From: Acidimicrobiales bacterium
Lineage (GTDB): Bacteria > Actinomycetota > Acidimicrobiia > Acidimicrobiales > RAAP-2
Direction of reading: 5' to 3'
DNA: 33,430 nucleotides
Assembly (NCBI GenBank): GCA_050743905.1
Contig: JBOGGH010000001.1
Location: forward strand, 1 to 33,430
In this document: positions 17,264 to 24,800 of the stretch, one piece after another
Numbering within the stretch: the first letter of the stretch is position 1
Layout: the number at the start of each line of letters is the position of its first letter
Position numbers and translations under genes: made by a program
Notes under the pieces: generated by a model
What the model saw: the letters and a program-made list of their open reading frames with translations, nothing else
Database searches by the model: none
Told to the model about the DNA's origin: nothing

Positions 17264-18396
17264 CGTTGTGCCGCCTTGGCTTGCACGTAGATCCGGATGA
17301 GGTAACTCGACAGTTCGTTGGTGTGTCGGGGCACGTTCTGGATGTCGTTCCAGCGCATGTCCAGCCCTTCCCACGTGCCGGCGGTCCAGTGGCAGTGGGG
17401 AGCGACGAGGGCCAGGTCTTCGAGGACTTGCTCGGCGGCGGCCTTGTTGCGGGGGTCGACGGTTGCCATGACGCGGTCCATGAGTCGCCCCATGGCCCGT
17501 ATGCCGGCGCCGTGCATGAGCCGGCTCTGGGTGGGTGGCTTTCCCCACGCTTCCGGAAAGGTGGCCTGGACCGCGGACCAGTAGACGACCAGGACTTGCC
17601 AGATACCGGCGAAGTCGGTCTCGCCGCTGGTCATGTTCCGGAACGGGAACAGGCAGCCTGATGGTGAGGTGAGGCTCTCTTCGAGCATCTTGACGATGCT
17701 CGTGTCGGTCACGACGGCTTGGCGGCGGAGATCCTTGTCGGTCGAGGACCGCTTGATTAGCCCTCGGAAGGGTGACTGCTCGTCAGAGTTGAAGAGGTCG
17801 CAGAGCGCGGAGGGCATGCGCCGAAGGGCCAGGCGCGCCGGGAGCGGGCTGCTGATCGTGGGCAGCAACTCAGTGACCAGTCCTCGGGGGAGGGGTTTCG
17901 CGTTGTTAATCCGCAGGAACTGGTCGCGCTGGATGTCGATCGAATCGGTTACGAAGGCATTCACGGGCACGCAGAGGTCCTGCCGCTTGGCGCGGGCGAG
18001 GGCGAGGGTCCGTTGCTGGCCGTCGACGATCCAGCCGGCCTTGGGTTCGCCGTTGAGCGGGAGCGGGATCTCAAGCTTGCCTTGGGCGGTCGCTCCGTCT
18101 CCGATCGTTGGGCCCCGGCCCGACGTGAATTTCACGGTCGAGGGGAGCGCAACGATGATGGGGTTCGGGAAGATCACCTGGTCGCCGTCGAGGTAGTCGA
18201 CGATCTCTTGGATGTGCTGGCGAACCTCGGGGCGCTGGTAGCCGATGAGGTCACCGCTTTGGTCCCGGCTTACTCGTGAGATGTCAGCGATCTGGAGGAT
18301 CTCTGATGCGGTCAGGCTGAAGAGGTAGAGAGGGCAGCCGGGTGTTTGCTCGATACGGAGCGCCCGGAGCGTCAGCGTCGCTGGCGGTTTGCTCAT
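17260..18396 (-). CDS. DGQHR-family protein with a DGQQR variant (DpdB/DndB-like), paralog A
   Basis: GWIVDGQQRTLALARA, FLRINNAKPLPRGL and IGYQRPEVRQHIQEIVDYLDGD. ATG 18396 overlaps the upstream stop as ATGA (18393-18396). Confidence 0.8.
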   Translation of the reverse strand: MSKPPATLTLRALRIEQTPGCPLYLFSLTASEILQIADISRVSRDQSGDLIGYQRPEVRQHIQEIVDYLDGDQVIFPNPIIVALPSTVKFTSGRGPTIGDGATAQGKLEIPLPLNGEPKAGWIVDGQQRTLALARAKRQDLCVPVNAFVTDSIDIQRDQFLRINNAKPLPRGLVTELLPTISSPLPARLALRRMPSALCDLFNSDEQSPFRGLIKRSSTDKDLRRQAVVTDTSIVKMLEESLTSPSGCLFPFRNMTSGETDFAGIWQVLVVYWSAVQATFPEAWGKPPTQSRLMHGAGIRAMGRLMDRVMATVDPRNKAAAEQVLEDLALVAPHCHWTAGTWEGLDMRWNDIQNVPRHTNELSSYLIRIYVQAKAAQR

Positions 18397-19343
18397 CGGG
18401 CCTCGATTGACTCGGCGCGAAACAGCGCGGCAAAGCGACTCTGCTCGCAGGCGAGATCGGAGTTCCGGAACTCGCGGAGCAACCGAGAATGGGTGGCGGT
18501 GTCGTCGGCACGCAGCCGCCGACGGATGAACGTTCGGACCTGGGCGTCGGAGGCAGGTCTCCGTTCGTAGCGGGGAACAGGTGGCTGCTCGGCTAGTAGG
18601 GCGGTCAGCGAGGCCTCCATGTCGGCATGGCTCGTGGCACCAGCAGCTAGGACGTGGGACACGGCTCGGACGTTGAGGGCCTGCCGAGTCCCGCCAACGA
18701 CATGCTGCAAGCGTGCGTCAACCGGCAGCAGGTACGGAGCGAGTTCGGCGTCACGTTTGGTGCCCGCCGAGACGACGCTGAACTGCCCGGGCCGCGCGGA
18801 GTCGGCCGCGCTGATGAGGTCGAGGCGACAGGCCCGCACATACGGGGCCGAGAGGGCGACGATCACACGCGACGAGGGATCGTCCTCGACGAGCGCGGCG
18901 AGCGACCGGGGCGCAGCGGCTGGGCCGTCCCAGCGTTGAAGGGCCGCCCACCATCGTGCAGCCCCCGCATTGCCGTCGGGGATGCTGTCGGGGCTGTCGG
19001 CGGAGAACGTCGCCGAGTAGGGCAGGAGTTCGGCAACGGCTGGAATGAGCCCGTATCCGGCGGAGCAGATCCACAACTCGACCGGTATGCCGACGACGTC
19101 CGAATCGCAAAGGTGGCGGGCCACCTCCCAGTGTTCACCGACGTAGAGCTCTACTGCGGAAACCGTAGGGGCGGAGTTGTGGTTCAGCCGGCGGACCCAC
19201 GTCTTCATCCTGGCTGAGGGAGTGAGGTGGTTGAGGACACGCAGATGCAGCGCGTCTGGGACCACCATCGACTTGCGATGGCTGCAGGTCACGACGACCC
19301 GTATCCGCTTCGGGCGACGACTGTCGGCGCGCTTTGCTACCAA
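18393..19343 (-). CDS. DUF6884-like domain protein (N-terminal) with an unassigned C-terminal half
   Basis: RIRVVVTCSHRKS, ELYVGEHWEVARHL and WICSAGYGLIPAVAELLPYSATF match my memory of the DUF6884 pattern (Cs..K / ELY.G..f / ilSA.yGL...PYd.t). The start is uncertain: TTG 19343 (overlaps the folE2 stop) or ATG 19268. The long track extension to 19790 is rejected. Confidence 0.5.
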   Translation of the reverse strand: MVAKRADSRRPKRIRVVVTCSHRKSMVVPDALHLRVLNHLTPSARMKTWVRRLNHNSAPTVSAVELYVGEHWEVARHLCDSDVVGIPVELWICSAGYGLIPAVAELLPYSATFSADSPDSIPDGNAGAARWWAALQRWDGPAAAPRSLAALVEDDPSSRVIVALSAPYVRACRLDLISAADSARPGQFSVVSAGTKRDAELAPYLLPVDARLQHVVGGTRQALNVRAVSHVLAAGATSHADMEASLTALLAEQPPVPRYERRPASDAQVRTFIRRRLRADDTATHSRLLREFRNSDLACEQSRFAALFRAESIEAR

Positions 19344-20152
19344 CGTGCCGCCTCCGGTTGTGATGGCGGCCACGCCAGCCGGGCGAAGGCGGCGTGGTTG
19401 TGGATGCTCTCGTCGTTGACTGCTTCGACCGAGAACCTGACGAGCCTCGGATCGTGGCGCAGGCCCTCCGCGACGCTTCGGACCATGTCCTCGACGAAGA
19501 CGGGGTGGTCGTAGGCGGCCATCGTGACGTGCCGCTCGTCGCCGCGCTTGAGGAGCGGGTACACGGGGCTCGATCCGGAGGCCTCGGCCGTCTCGATGAG
19601 ATCCTCCAACCACACGGAGTCGGCGTCGTCTGACCAGCTCGGGACGGCATGAATCGTCACGATGCCCCGCTGGTTGTGTGCCCCGTAATTGCTGATCGCC
19701 TTGCTGCACGGGCAGACGCTGGTCACCGGCACACTGGCCGAGATCGCGAACTCCACGCCGTCGTCGTTGATAGAGGCGTTGATCCCGCACGTGTAGTCGA
19801 CGAGCGCGCTAGCGCCGCTCACCGGGGCCGAGCGCCGCAGGAAGTATGGGAACCGCATGACGAGTCTGGCGCTGCGAGCGTCGAGTCGGTCTCGTAGGTG
19901 CTGGAGCACCGCCGGGATCGAGTGGGGAGTGAGCTCACCGGCGTGGGCGTCGAGGACCTCGACGAACCGGCTGAGGTGACTGCCCTTCTGCTCGGGCGGC
20001 AGCGATACGGAGAGGGAGATGTTGGCGACGGTGTCTTGCTTCCCCTGCTCGGCGTGGAAGACCGATACCGGGTAGCGCAGACCGCTGATGCCGACCTCGT
20101 CGATGCCGATACCGCGGATGTCTGGCTCGCTTTGCACGTCGGGAAGGGTCAC
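19337..20152 (-). CDS. folE2: GTP cyclohydrolase IB (FolE2/MptA type)
   Basis: [21 protein letters not shown] and [16 protein letters not shown] are FolE2 signature blocks. GTG 20152 overlaps the queD stop as GTGA (20149-20152). Confidence 0.85.
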   Translation of the reverse strand: MTLPDVQSEPDIRGIGIDEVGISGLRYPVSVFHAEQGKQDTVANISLSVSLPPEQKGSHLSRFVEVLDAHAGELTPHSIPAVLQHLRDRLDARSARLVMRFPYFLRRSAPVSGASALVDYTCGINASINDDGVEFAISASVPVTSVCPCSKAISNYGAHNQRGIVTIHAVPSWSDDADSVWLEDLIETAEASGSSPVYPLLKRGDERHVTMAAYDHPVFVEDMVRSVAEGLRHDPRLVRFSVEAVNDESIHNHAAFARLAWPPSQPEAARW

Positions 20153-20511
20153 GTGCCCTCTCCTCGGTAGGCGACGCCGGACGTGCACGTCTCACGCACG
20201 ACGACCTCCGCCAACTGGGGCAATGCCGTGATCAAGTGGTTCCAGACCCAGCGGGCCAGGTTCTCGCTGGTCGGGTTGTCGAGTCCTTCGACCTCGTTCA
20301 AGAAGTAGTGGTCGAGCCGATCGAGCAGCGGCGCGAACGCGGCCTTGATCTCGGCGAAGTCGATGACCATCCCAGTCGCCGGATCGATGTCACCTCGGAC
20401 CCGCACCTCCACCCGGAAGGAGTGCCCGTGGAGCCGGGAACACTTGTGGCCCTCGGGAACGTGAGGGAGGCGGTGCGCGGCCTCGAAGGTGAACTCGCGA
20501 AAGACATCCAT
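20149..20511 (-). CDS. queD: 6-carboxy-5,6,7,8-tetrahydropterin synthase
   Basis: [36 protein letters not shown] is a QueD/PTPS pattern. ATG 20511 shares one base with the queE stop. Confidence 0.9.
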   Translation of the reverse strand: MDVFREFTFEAAHRLPHVPEGHKCSRLHGHSFRVEVRVRGDIDPATGMVIDFAEIKAAFAPLLDRLDHYFLNEVEGLDNPTSENLARWVWNHLITALPQLAEVVVRETCTSGVAYRGEGT

Positions 20512-21149
20512 CAGCGGATCCCCGTGTACTTGTGGGTCTGGAGACTGAGCCGCCATCTCGGGTGGGCCAAGCAGTACTCGATGGCGAGCGCGGTGTTCTT
20601 CTCTCGTTCCGGGCCGTCCATGGGTTGCAGCAGGAACCGTTCGAAGCCCAAGTGCTCGAAGATGTCGGGCGTGGCCGTCGCTTGAGGGAAGACCAGCTTG
20701 AGTTCGTGACCGTGATCGAGCACGAGCGGCGCGCCGGCCTTGGGGCTCACGCAGATCCAGTCGAGCCCTCGGGGAGCCGGCTGCGTGCCGTTGGTCTCGA
20801 CTCCGACCGCGAAGCCGACCTCATGGAGGGCGTCGACTGCGGCCTCGTCCAATTGCAGGAGGGGTTCGCCGCCGGTGCACACCACGTATGGCTGGGCCTC
20901 ACCGCCGACATCGCCAGCCCAGGCGGCGGCGACCGCGTGGGACAGGTCTTCGGGAGTTTTGAACCGCCCGCCGCCGGGGCCGTCAGTCCCGACGAAGTCG
21001 GTGTCGCAGAACTGGCAGATGGCCTTCGAACGTTGCGCCTCCCGGCCGGTCCACAGGTTGCAGCGGGAGAAGCGGCAGAAGACGGCGGGGCGGCCTACCT
21101 GAGCACCCTCACCTTGGAGGGTGTAGTAGATCTCCTTGACCAGGTACAT
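20511..21149 (-). CDS. queE: 7-carboxy-7-deazaguanine synthase (radical SAM)
   Basis: [42 protein letters not shown] carries a CX14CX2C cluster motif, as in the Burkholderia-type QueE. ATG 21149 shares one base with the queC stop. Confidence 0.9.
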   Translation of the reverse strand: MYLVKEIYYTLQGEGAQVGRPAVFCRFSRCNLWTGREAQRSKAICQFCDTDFVGTDGPGGGRFKTPEDLSHAVAAAWAGDVGGEAQPYVVCTGGEPLLQLDEAAVDALHEVGFAVGVETNGTQPAPRGLDWICVSPKAGAPLVLDHGHELKLVFPQATATPDIFEHLGFERFLLQPMDGPEREKNTALAIEYCLAHPRWRLSLQTHKYTGIR

Positions 21150-21847
21150 CAGCCGCGGGTCGTGGCGAGCGCCGGGTCCTCCATCCCGACCTCAGCGAAG
21201 CCCTTCTGTCGGAGCAGGCACGAGTCGCAAGTCCCACACGGCCGACCGTCGCTGTCCGGGTCGTAGCAGCTGTGGGTCAGCCCGTAGTCGACCCCGAGTT
21301 CGACCCCGCGCTGGATGATCTGCGCCTTGGTCAGGTCGATCAGGGGGGTGTGGATCCGCAGGTGCTGGTGGCCCTCGACCCCTGCCTTGGTGGCCAGGTT
21401 GGCCATCGACTCATACGCCGCGATGTACTCGGGCCGGCAGTCGGGGTAGCCGGAGTAGTCGAGCGCGTTCACCCCGATGAAGATGTCGCTGGCTTCCAGC
21501 GTCTCCGCCCAGGCCAGAGCGAAGGACAGGAAGATCGTGTTGCGGGCCGGTACGTAGGTCACCGGGATCCCCTCATCGAGGTCGTCCACGCTCTGGTGGT
21601 GAGGGACGGCGATGTCTGCGGTCAGGGCTGATCCGCCGAATGCCCGAAGGTCAATGTCAGCCACGACGTGGCCGGCGGCCCCCATGGCGTCCGCTACCCG
21701 CCGCGCCGCCGCGAGCTCCACTTCGTGGCGCTGGCCGTAACGGAAGCTCAGCGCATATGGGCGGAAGCCCTCGTCCTTGGCGATGGCCAAGACGGTCGTT
21801 GAGTCAAGACCTCCACTGAGCAGGATCACCGCTGGTTGGTCGCTCAC
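21149..21847 (-). CDS. queC: 7-cyano-7-deazaguanine (preQ0) synthase
   Basis: PP-loop [11 protein letters not shown] and C-terminal zinc motif [23 protein letters not shown] 21847 is preferred because GGAGGAG lies 5-6 nt upstream; the track start GTG 21853 abuts the RBS. Confidence 0.9.
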   Translation of the reverse strand: MSDQPAVILLSGGLDSTTVLAIAKDEGFRPYALSFRYGQRHEVELAAARRVADAMGAAGHVVADIDLRAFGGSALTADIAVPHHQSVDDLDEGIPVTYVPARNTIFLSFALAWAETLEASDIFIGVNALDYSGYPDCRPEYIAAYESMANLATKAGVEGHQHLRIHTPLIDLTKAQIIQRGVELGVDYGLTHSCYDPDSDGRPCGTCDSCLLRQKGFAEVGMEDPALATTRG

Positions 21848-21909
21848 GTCCACTCCTCCGATCTGGGTCGTTGGGGTCGACGTCCTACCTTTGCACCAGG
21901 GCGCAGGTC

Positions 21910-21949
21910 AAAACTGCGTTGGTCGCTGTGCGGCCACCTCTGCAGTTTT
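21910..21949 (-). promoter_or_regulatory. stem-loop in the presumptive queC leader
   Basis: AAAACTGC (21910-21917) pairs with GCAGTTTT (21942-21949): an 8-bp stem with a 24-nt loop, 60-100 nt upstream of the queC start on the transcribed strand. Confidence 0.3.
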
Positions 21950-22161
21950 CGGCGGTGTCGTCACCCACTCGAATCACACTACTGTTATTCGTAGCGCGAG
22001 GGTGTGACCATGATTCTGAAGCCGGACGTCAAGGAGTCCCATGGAGTTTGCGCCGAGCTCTCCGGCCGCCCCCCCCGGGGGGCGTGCCGCCAGCGAGCGC
22101 CGAGGGGCGCGGACGCTGGTCAGAGGCTGAGGCGGCGGTCTTCCGGCGCAGGCCAGAGATA

Positions 22162-22286
22162 TTTTTCAGAAAAAACACCTTCGATGGGTGTTCAAGTGAC
22201 CTTCGAGTCGATACAGTACTTCTCGAAGGCACTGAAACATCGCTCGACATCGGGTGAACATCGCTGAGGTGCCAGAGAGTATCGCT
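22162..22286 (+). promoter_or_regulatory. AT-rich palindrome and phased repeats upstream of the dndB-like operon
   Basis: TTTTTC-A-GAAAAA (22162-22174). ACCTTCGA at 22177 and 22199. Inverted repeat CCTTCGAG (22200-22207) / CTCGAAGG (22222-22229). ATCGCT at 22239, 22260 and 22281, with exact 21-bp phasing. RBS TAAGGAGGA at 22296-22304. Confidence 0.35.
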
Positions 22287-22308
22287 GGACCACCGTAAGG
22301 AGGAAGAC

Positions 22309-23457
22309 ATGTACACGATCGCTGTGACCGAGGGTCACCAAGGCAAGCACCGCTACTTCACCGGAAGCGTGCCCGTGGGTGAACTGGAGCACATCGTCAA
22401 GTTCCCCGAGGACCTCGGGGACCTCGATGAAGACGAGCAGATGCAGCGGAGCATCGCCCGGCGCCGGATCGGCGACCTCGTCGAGTACCTGACTACCGTG
22501 GACGACCACTTCTTCTCCGCCGTGACCCTTATGATCCTGCCTCGGTCGCTCGACCGGCCAGCGGTCCTCGGAGACCTGGGCGACGAGGAGGACGACGGGG
22601 AGTACGACTACGCCTTCGAGCGGGCCGAACGAGGCCGTCACCCCGGCAGGATCCGACAGGGCTGGCTCCACATGAGCGGCGACGTCATGTTGTTCCCCGC
22701 CGACGGCCAGCACCGTCTCTACGCCGAGTTCGATGCCATGAAAAGCGAACCCAGTCTCTCCAAGGAGGAGCTGCCCGTCGTCTTCTTGCCCTACGAGTCC
22801 GCCGACCAGGTCCGTCAACTCTTCTCGGACCTGAACCTCAACGCCAAGCCCATCAGCAAGACGCTTGCCCTTGGCTATGAGAGCCGGGACCCCATGGCAC
22901 TCCTGGCCAAGGCTGTTGCCCCCCGGGTATCGCTGTTCCGGGAGCGGCTCAACCTGCGGACCAACTCGCTGCCCAAGAGTTCGGCCAACGTCATCACCCT
23001 CAACACCTTGGTGCAGGGATGCCGGGATCTCGTCGAGGGCTTCGCCGGTGAGGACAAGAACGACCAACGGAGCTACCTGGCGCCCAAGCACTTCGACGAA
23101 GCGGTCGCCCAGATCACCGCCGCGTGGGAAGACATCATCGACCCCTTCTCTGAGCACTGGGATCGAGTCACCAGCGACGAGATCACGCCAGGCGACCTAC
23201 GTGACGAATACCTCTTCCCCCACGGCCTCGGATGGAGAGCTCTTTCCTCCGCTGCGGGAGAACTGATCGCCGCCGACCCCGACAACTGGGCGGCCAAGTT
23301 CGCCAGAGGCGTCGGCGCCTACAACTGGGCACGCACCGCCCCCGAGTGGGAAGGCAACGCCGTCATCCACGACCGCGACAAGGGCACCAACCGGGTCAAC
23401 AACACCGACCCCGGCGTCAACCAACTCAAAGAACTGATCCTCAAGGCCGCCGCGTAG
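22309..23457 (+). CDS. DndB-like DGQHR-domain protein, paralog D
   Basis: MLFPADGQHRLYAEF and FSDLNLNAKPISKT are DndB/DGQHR blocks. A strong RBS TAAGGAGGA precedes ATG 22309. Confidence 0.8.
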   Translation: MYTIAVTEGHQGKHRYFTGSVPVGELEHIVKFPEDLGDLDEDEQMQRSIARRRIGDLVEYLTTVDDHFFSAVTLMILPRSLDRPAVLGDLGDEEDDGEYDYAFERAERGRHPGRIRQGWLHMSGDVMLFPADGQHRLYAEFDAMKSEPSLSKEELPVVFLPYESADQVRQLFSDLNLNAKPISKTLALGYESRDPMALLAKAVAPRVSLFRERLNLRTNSLPKSSANVITLNTLVQGCRDLVEGFAGEDKNDQRSYLAPKHFDEAVAQITAAWEDIIDPFSEHWDRVTSDEITPGDLRDEYLFPHGLGWRALSSAAGELIAADPDNWAAKFARGVGAYNWARTAPEWEGNAVIHDRDKGTNRVNNTDPGVNQLKELILKAAA

Positions 23458-23495
23458 GCCTCGAGGCGCACGAAACGGATCGGAGATCAACGACA

Positions 23496-24800
23496 ATGAC
23501 CAGTACCCAGCTCCCCGCACAAGGCCTCGTCTTCTGGCCCGTCGGCACCGGCGACAGCACCACGGTTGTCATCGACGACGACCACGTCATCCAAGTCGAC
23601 ATCCACGACATGGCCATGGCCGATAACGACGGCGCCATCGTTGCCGCCGTGGTCGACCATCTCGTCGAGGTACTCCCCGAACGTGACGGGGCGCCGTACC
23701 TGGCCGCCTTCATCCTGACTCACGCCGACAAGGACCACTGCCTCGGGTTCGCCGACCTCCTCGACAAGGTGACCATCGGCGAACTATGGGCCACGCCACG
23801 CTTGTGGCGGGAGTACACGGACCACGACGTCGAACTCTGCGACGACGCCAAAGCATTCCATGAGGAAGTGCTCCGCCGGGTAGACGCCACCCTGGCCGCT
23901 GTCGCCGACGGCAAGGAACCCGCGTCGGGCAACCGGATTCGTGTCGTCGGATACGACACGGATCAGGACACGTTCTCCTACCACGACCTGCCCGCCGAAT
24001 ACCTCAGCCACCCGGGCGACGCCGTGGCGATCGTCGATGGAGAGGATGTCTCGGATCGCTTCGAGGCGTTCATCCACGCACCCTTCAAGGACGACTGCGC
24101 TGCTGAGCGGAACGACACCTCCCTGGCGATCCAAGTCACGCTCAAGACCGACGAGGGCGACGAGGGCCATGCGTTGCTGCTCGGAGATCTGGCCTACGAG
24201 ACGATCACGAAGATCTTCGATTACAGCGAGGACAACGACCGACCCGAACGGCTCACCTGGGAGGTCCTCCTCGCGCCCCACCACTGCTCCAAGAAGGTCA
24301 TGTACGTGACCGAGGACGGCACCGAGGTCCTCAAGCAAGATCTCCTCGACAAGCTCGAACGTCACGAGGCGGGCTCTGCAACCGTTGTCGTGAGCAGTGA
24401 CGAATTCCCCGACAGCAACAAGACGGGGGACAACCCACCTCACCTCTTGGCACAGGCCCGCTACGAGGAGATCGCGGACTCGCTCGTCTGCACTGGCGAA
24501 TACCCAGATGCGGACGCTCCGCGCCCGATCGTGTTCGGTATCGACGGTGATGGATTCTGCATCCTCGAGTTGGAAGAGGAAGCTGCTGAGGCCGTCACCA
24601 AGTCGGCCGATGCCCGCGGCGCACTCGTAGCCGGCGGCGTAGGGGTGCTCGCAGCCCTGCCTGCCACCTACATAGCGAGTCGCAGAAAGCGACAAACGAA
24701 GCCGCAAGGCGGCGGCCTCGAAGAGGTCCGCCGAGCTGTCACCACGGCAAGAGGCGACGAAGCGGCACCTCAACAACCGGTCGGCTTCGGCCAGCCATGA
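23496..24800 (+). CDS. metallo-beta-lactamase-fold protein (ComEC C-terminal-like), with a C-terminal hydrophobic segment
   Basis: GLVFWPVGTGDSTTVVIDDD, FILTHADKDHCLG (an HxDxDH variant of HxHxDH), LLLGDLAYE and LLAPHHCSKK parallel the ComEC-type MBL blocks. The tail has GALVAGGVGVLAALPATYIA followed by SRRKRQTK. ATG 23496 follows GGAGA; the track extension to 23232 is rejected. Confidence 0.8.
   Translation: MTSTQLPAQGLVFWPVGTGDSTTVVIDDDHVIQVDIHDMAMADNDGAIVAAVVDHLVEVLPERDGAPYLAAFILTHADKDHCLGFADLLDKVTIGELWATPRLWREYTDHDVELCDDAKAFHEEVLRRVDATLAAVADGKEPASGNRIRVVGYDTDQDTFSYHDLPAEYLSHPGDAVAIVDGEDVSDRFEAFIHAPFKDDCAAERNDTSLAIQVTLKTDEGDEGHALLLGDLAYETITKIFDYSEDNDRPERLTWEVLLAPHHCSKKVMYVTEDGTEVLKQDLLDKLERHEAGSATVVVSSDEFPDSNKTGDNPPHLLAQARYEEIADSLVCTGEYPDADAPRPIVFGIDGDGFCILELEEEAAEAVTKSADARGALVAGGVGVLAALPATYIASRRKRQTKPQGGGLEEVRRAVTTARGDEAAPQQPVGFGQP

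Noticed and set aside
16016-19790. N-terminal extensions of the track ORFs. Shown here: dpdA to 17548 and the DUF6884-like gene to 19790. Others: HNH to 12929, DGQQR-B to 16160, MBL from 23232, caspase from 30706, HExxH from 31499
   Set aside because: The extensions are Arg/Pro-rich and overlap the well-supported upstream genes. Internal starts that overlap or abut the upstream stop give canonical family N-termini.
21848-21960. A preQ1 riboswitch upstream of queC
   Set aside because: The leader hairpin does not match the compact preQ1-I consensus (a short stem followed by an A-rich tail) by eye. It is kept only as a low-interest structured-leader flag.
22192-23157. 321-aa ORF antisense to the dndB-like gene
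   Set aside because: Its composition (G, V, L, D and R rich) is typical of shadow ORFs in high-G+C DNA, and no motif is present. The plus strand carries the DGQHR motif and a strong RBS.
22309-23457. Reading the DndB-like gene as evidence for a DNA phosphorothioation (dnd) system
   Set aside because: No dndA/C/D/E-like genes (cysteine desulfurase, PAPS reductase-like, SMC-like ATPase) are recognisable anywhere in the window.
23784-24776. 330-aa ORF antisense to the MBL gene
   Set aside because: Same shadow-ORF character. All MBL blocks (THADKDH, LLLGD, PHHCSK) read on the plus strand.
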